From Macrostomum lignano (taxonomy: Eukaryota): DNA of 64,000 nucleotides. Position numbers and translations under genes: made by a program. The notes beneath the pieces are model-generated. The model made no database searches and was not told where the DNA came from. It saw only the letters and a list, made by a program, of their open reading frames with translations. The stretch lies in assembly GCA_002269645.1 (NCBI GenBank), contig NIVC01002674.1, positions 1-64,000 on the forward strand, in the 5' to 3' direction. Of the stretch, positions 62,315 to 64,000 are shown in pieces. Each line of letters begins with the position of its first letter. Position 1 is the first letter of the stretch.

Positions 62315-64000
62315 TTAAAATGATTCAATGTTTCCTGGCTGAGACTTGAACTTATTGGGCGCCAGGAGGCTCTGTAAGTTACGTTGCCGTGTAAATGCGG
62401 GCAGTATGCGGGAGCCTGGTTTATTTTGTAGCTTATCAAAGTTTTTAGCAATCTCGTTGGCAAGCCAGACCGTAGATGGGTGAAAATGAAGGACCAGTGG
62501 GATGGGTCGGAGAAGATGATTGTCGACCCTGATGTTCGTACCCGGCGGTTTGTCAGTCCCCAGTTTTTTTAATCCAGATTTCTTCCCTAAGTTCGATTTT
62601 GTTGTTATTAAGAATTTGTTCGATAGCAATGGAGACAAAGTTTGCAATCGAGTGATTGGGGGTGAGAAAGTGCTCTGACCCGAAGTTACGACTCTCCTGT
62701 TAATATTTGACCTGTGCTGGTTCATTCTATCTCTCATTGTTCTTCTAGTCATACCTACATAGAAGATTTTCCCAGGGTGGCACTGGTTGCAGGAGATGCC
62801 ATAGATGATGTTCTTGGAGCCACAGGACAGGCTCTGAGAGATTAAAAAACCAGAAGCCGGTTTCAGTCCCTGGGCGGAGAGAGCAGGCGGTGAGTGGGTG
62901 CAGCATTTGCAGCGGGATGACCCACAGGGATGGAACCCTTTGGGAAGCAGACCCAGATTGGTCGTTGGTCCCGCAGTCCAGTTCATAAGTTTGAGGACCT
63001 CCTTTTTGCAGTTTCTAAGAAAAATCTTCGAGTAGCCTAATTGCTTGAGTTCCGATTTTAAAGAATTGAAAGCATCGTTGAAAGACTTGTAGTCATCACA
63101 GATACGAGCGTACCGAAGGATTTGGGATTTTACTACCCCCTTGAAGGTGTGTGACGGATGGAAGGACTGTCGGTGCAACAATCTATGAGTGTCTGTTTCT
63201 TTTGAAAACAGTTGTGTTGTGAAGCGGTTTTCAGCTTTCCTGATGGTCATGTCAAGGAAACTGACCTCAGTTGATGAGGAGCTGACGGTGAGTTTAATGC
63301 TGGGGTTGATTGAATTTAGGTGTCGAACAAATTCTGTCAGAGCTTCAGCCGGGTGGTCCCAGTGAATGAAGATATCATCTATGTACCTAAAATAAATGTT
63401 CGGCTTATAAAGAGCAGTTCTCAGGGCAGTTTCCTCCCAGAGGCTCATGAAGAGACAGGCATAGCTGGGCGCAAATATGCGCCCCATGGCTGTACCTCTA
63501 AGTTGTAGGAAAATCATTTTGTCAAATTCAAAGTCATTCCTGTACAAACACAATTCCAGTAGTTTTATTATTTCAGCATCCGGTCTAATGGGATCCGGGT
63601 ATCGGTTAAAGAATTCCTGGATCGCTGCAATGCCCTGATCTATTGGGATCATGGAGTACAGACTCTGGACATCACAGGTTGCGAGAGTCGAACCTTCCGT
63701 GCAGCTTTTATCCATAAGGTGTGCCTTGAAGTCATACGAGTCCTTAATGAAGGTGGGTTGCGCTTGGGCAATCGGTTTTAGAAAGAAGTCTATGTACTTT
63801 TCTGCTCCAATTGCTTCAGAACTACATCCGCTAACAATAGGTCTGCCTGCTGGGACCCGAAAGGGGATCAGCCAGGTGGCCGGGTCCTTGTGAATTTTTG
63901 GGAGCAGGTAGAAATGCCGGGGACGGAAGTTCTCTCCAGGACAAAGAAATGCACACTGTTTCTTAGATATGAACTTTCTGTTACATAAATTGAGGAAGAT
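62315..64000 (-). CDS. PLE reverse transcriptase-GIY-YIG endonuclease polyprotein, 5'-partial, with a local frameshift pair
   Basis: Frame open from 64000 (FYLLPKIHK, GRPIVSG, FIKDS) through DVQSLY, GTAMG, RYIDDIF, FLDM, HPCGSSRCKCC and NIIYGISCNQC..YVGMT..R...H to the stop at 62315. Confidence 0.93.
   Translation of the reverse strand: MFLNLCNRKFISKKQCAFLCPGENFRPRHFYLLPKIHKDPATWLIPFRVPAGRPIVSGCSSEAIGAEKYIDFFLKPIAQAQPTFIKDSYDFKAHLMDKSCTEGSTLATCDVQSLYSMIPIDQGIAAIQEFFNRYPDPIRPDAEIIKLLELCLYRNDFEFDKMIFLQLRGTAMGRIFAPSYACLFMSLWEETALRTALYKPNIYFRYIDDIFIHWDHPAEALTEFVRHLNSINPSIKLTVSSSSTEVSFLDMTIRKAENRFTTQLFSKETDTHRLLHRQSFHPSHTFKGVVKSQILRYARICDDYKSFNDAFNSLKSELKQLGYSKIFLRNCKKEVLKLMNWTAGPTTNLGLLPKGFHPCGSSRCKCCTHSPPALSAQGLKPASGFLISQSLSCGSKNIIYGISCNQCHPGKIFYVGMTRRTMRDRMNQHRSNINRRVVTSGQSTFSPPITRLQTLSPLLSNKFLITTKSNLGKKSGLKKLGTDKPPGTNIRVDNHLLRPIPLVLHFHPSTVWLANEIAKNFDKLQNKPGSRILPAFTRQRNLQSLLAPNKFKSQPGNIESF

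Larger units (their letters stand above)
61900..64000 (-). mobile_element. Penelope-like retroelement (continues beyond the window)
   Basis: RT + GIY-YIG ORF followed by a hammerhead motif on the same strand. Confidence 0.93.

Overview
Eukaryotic (metazoan) DNA with GC/CpG-rich exons and minisatellite-filled GT-AG introns. The style resembles a free-living flatworm such as Macrostomum; this is inference only. Five conserved spliced genes were rebuilt by hand with consistent splice phases. On the - strand is a KIAA0513/SBF2-domain gene (8 exons, 11154->2658). On the + strand, in series, are GID8/TWA1 (3 exons), AMBRA1 (4), DDX10/DBP4 (4), a 97-aa orphan ORF and DHX37 (8 exons, apparently without its C-terminal domain). 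A Penelope-like retroelement (RT + GIY-YIG) runs off the right edge and has a hammerhead-ribozyme core downstream of its ORF. Six non-autonomous TIR elements are present, five with exact target-site duplications: three MULE/foldback-like, one P/Galileo-like, and one hAT-like nested in a CACTA-like element that itself splits a minisatellite. There is also an internally deleted LINE, tRNA-derived SINE heads, a ~9 kb AT-rich CpG-depleted block rich in TAGGCCTA, and about 30 tandem arrays. The most unusual unexplained structure is a ~21-bp-periodic array of pyrimidine-AG|GTGAGTCA units just upstream of DHX37; each unit reads both as a fused 3'/5' splice (ratchet) site and as an AP-1 site. Most long ORFs in the supplied track are artefacts of tandem repeats. 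No CRISPR, rRNA or intact tRNA was found. All homology calls come from recalled motifs, not database searches.
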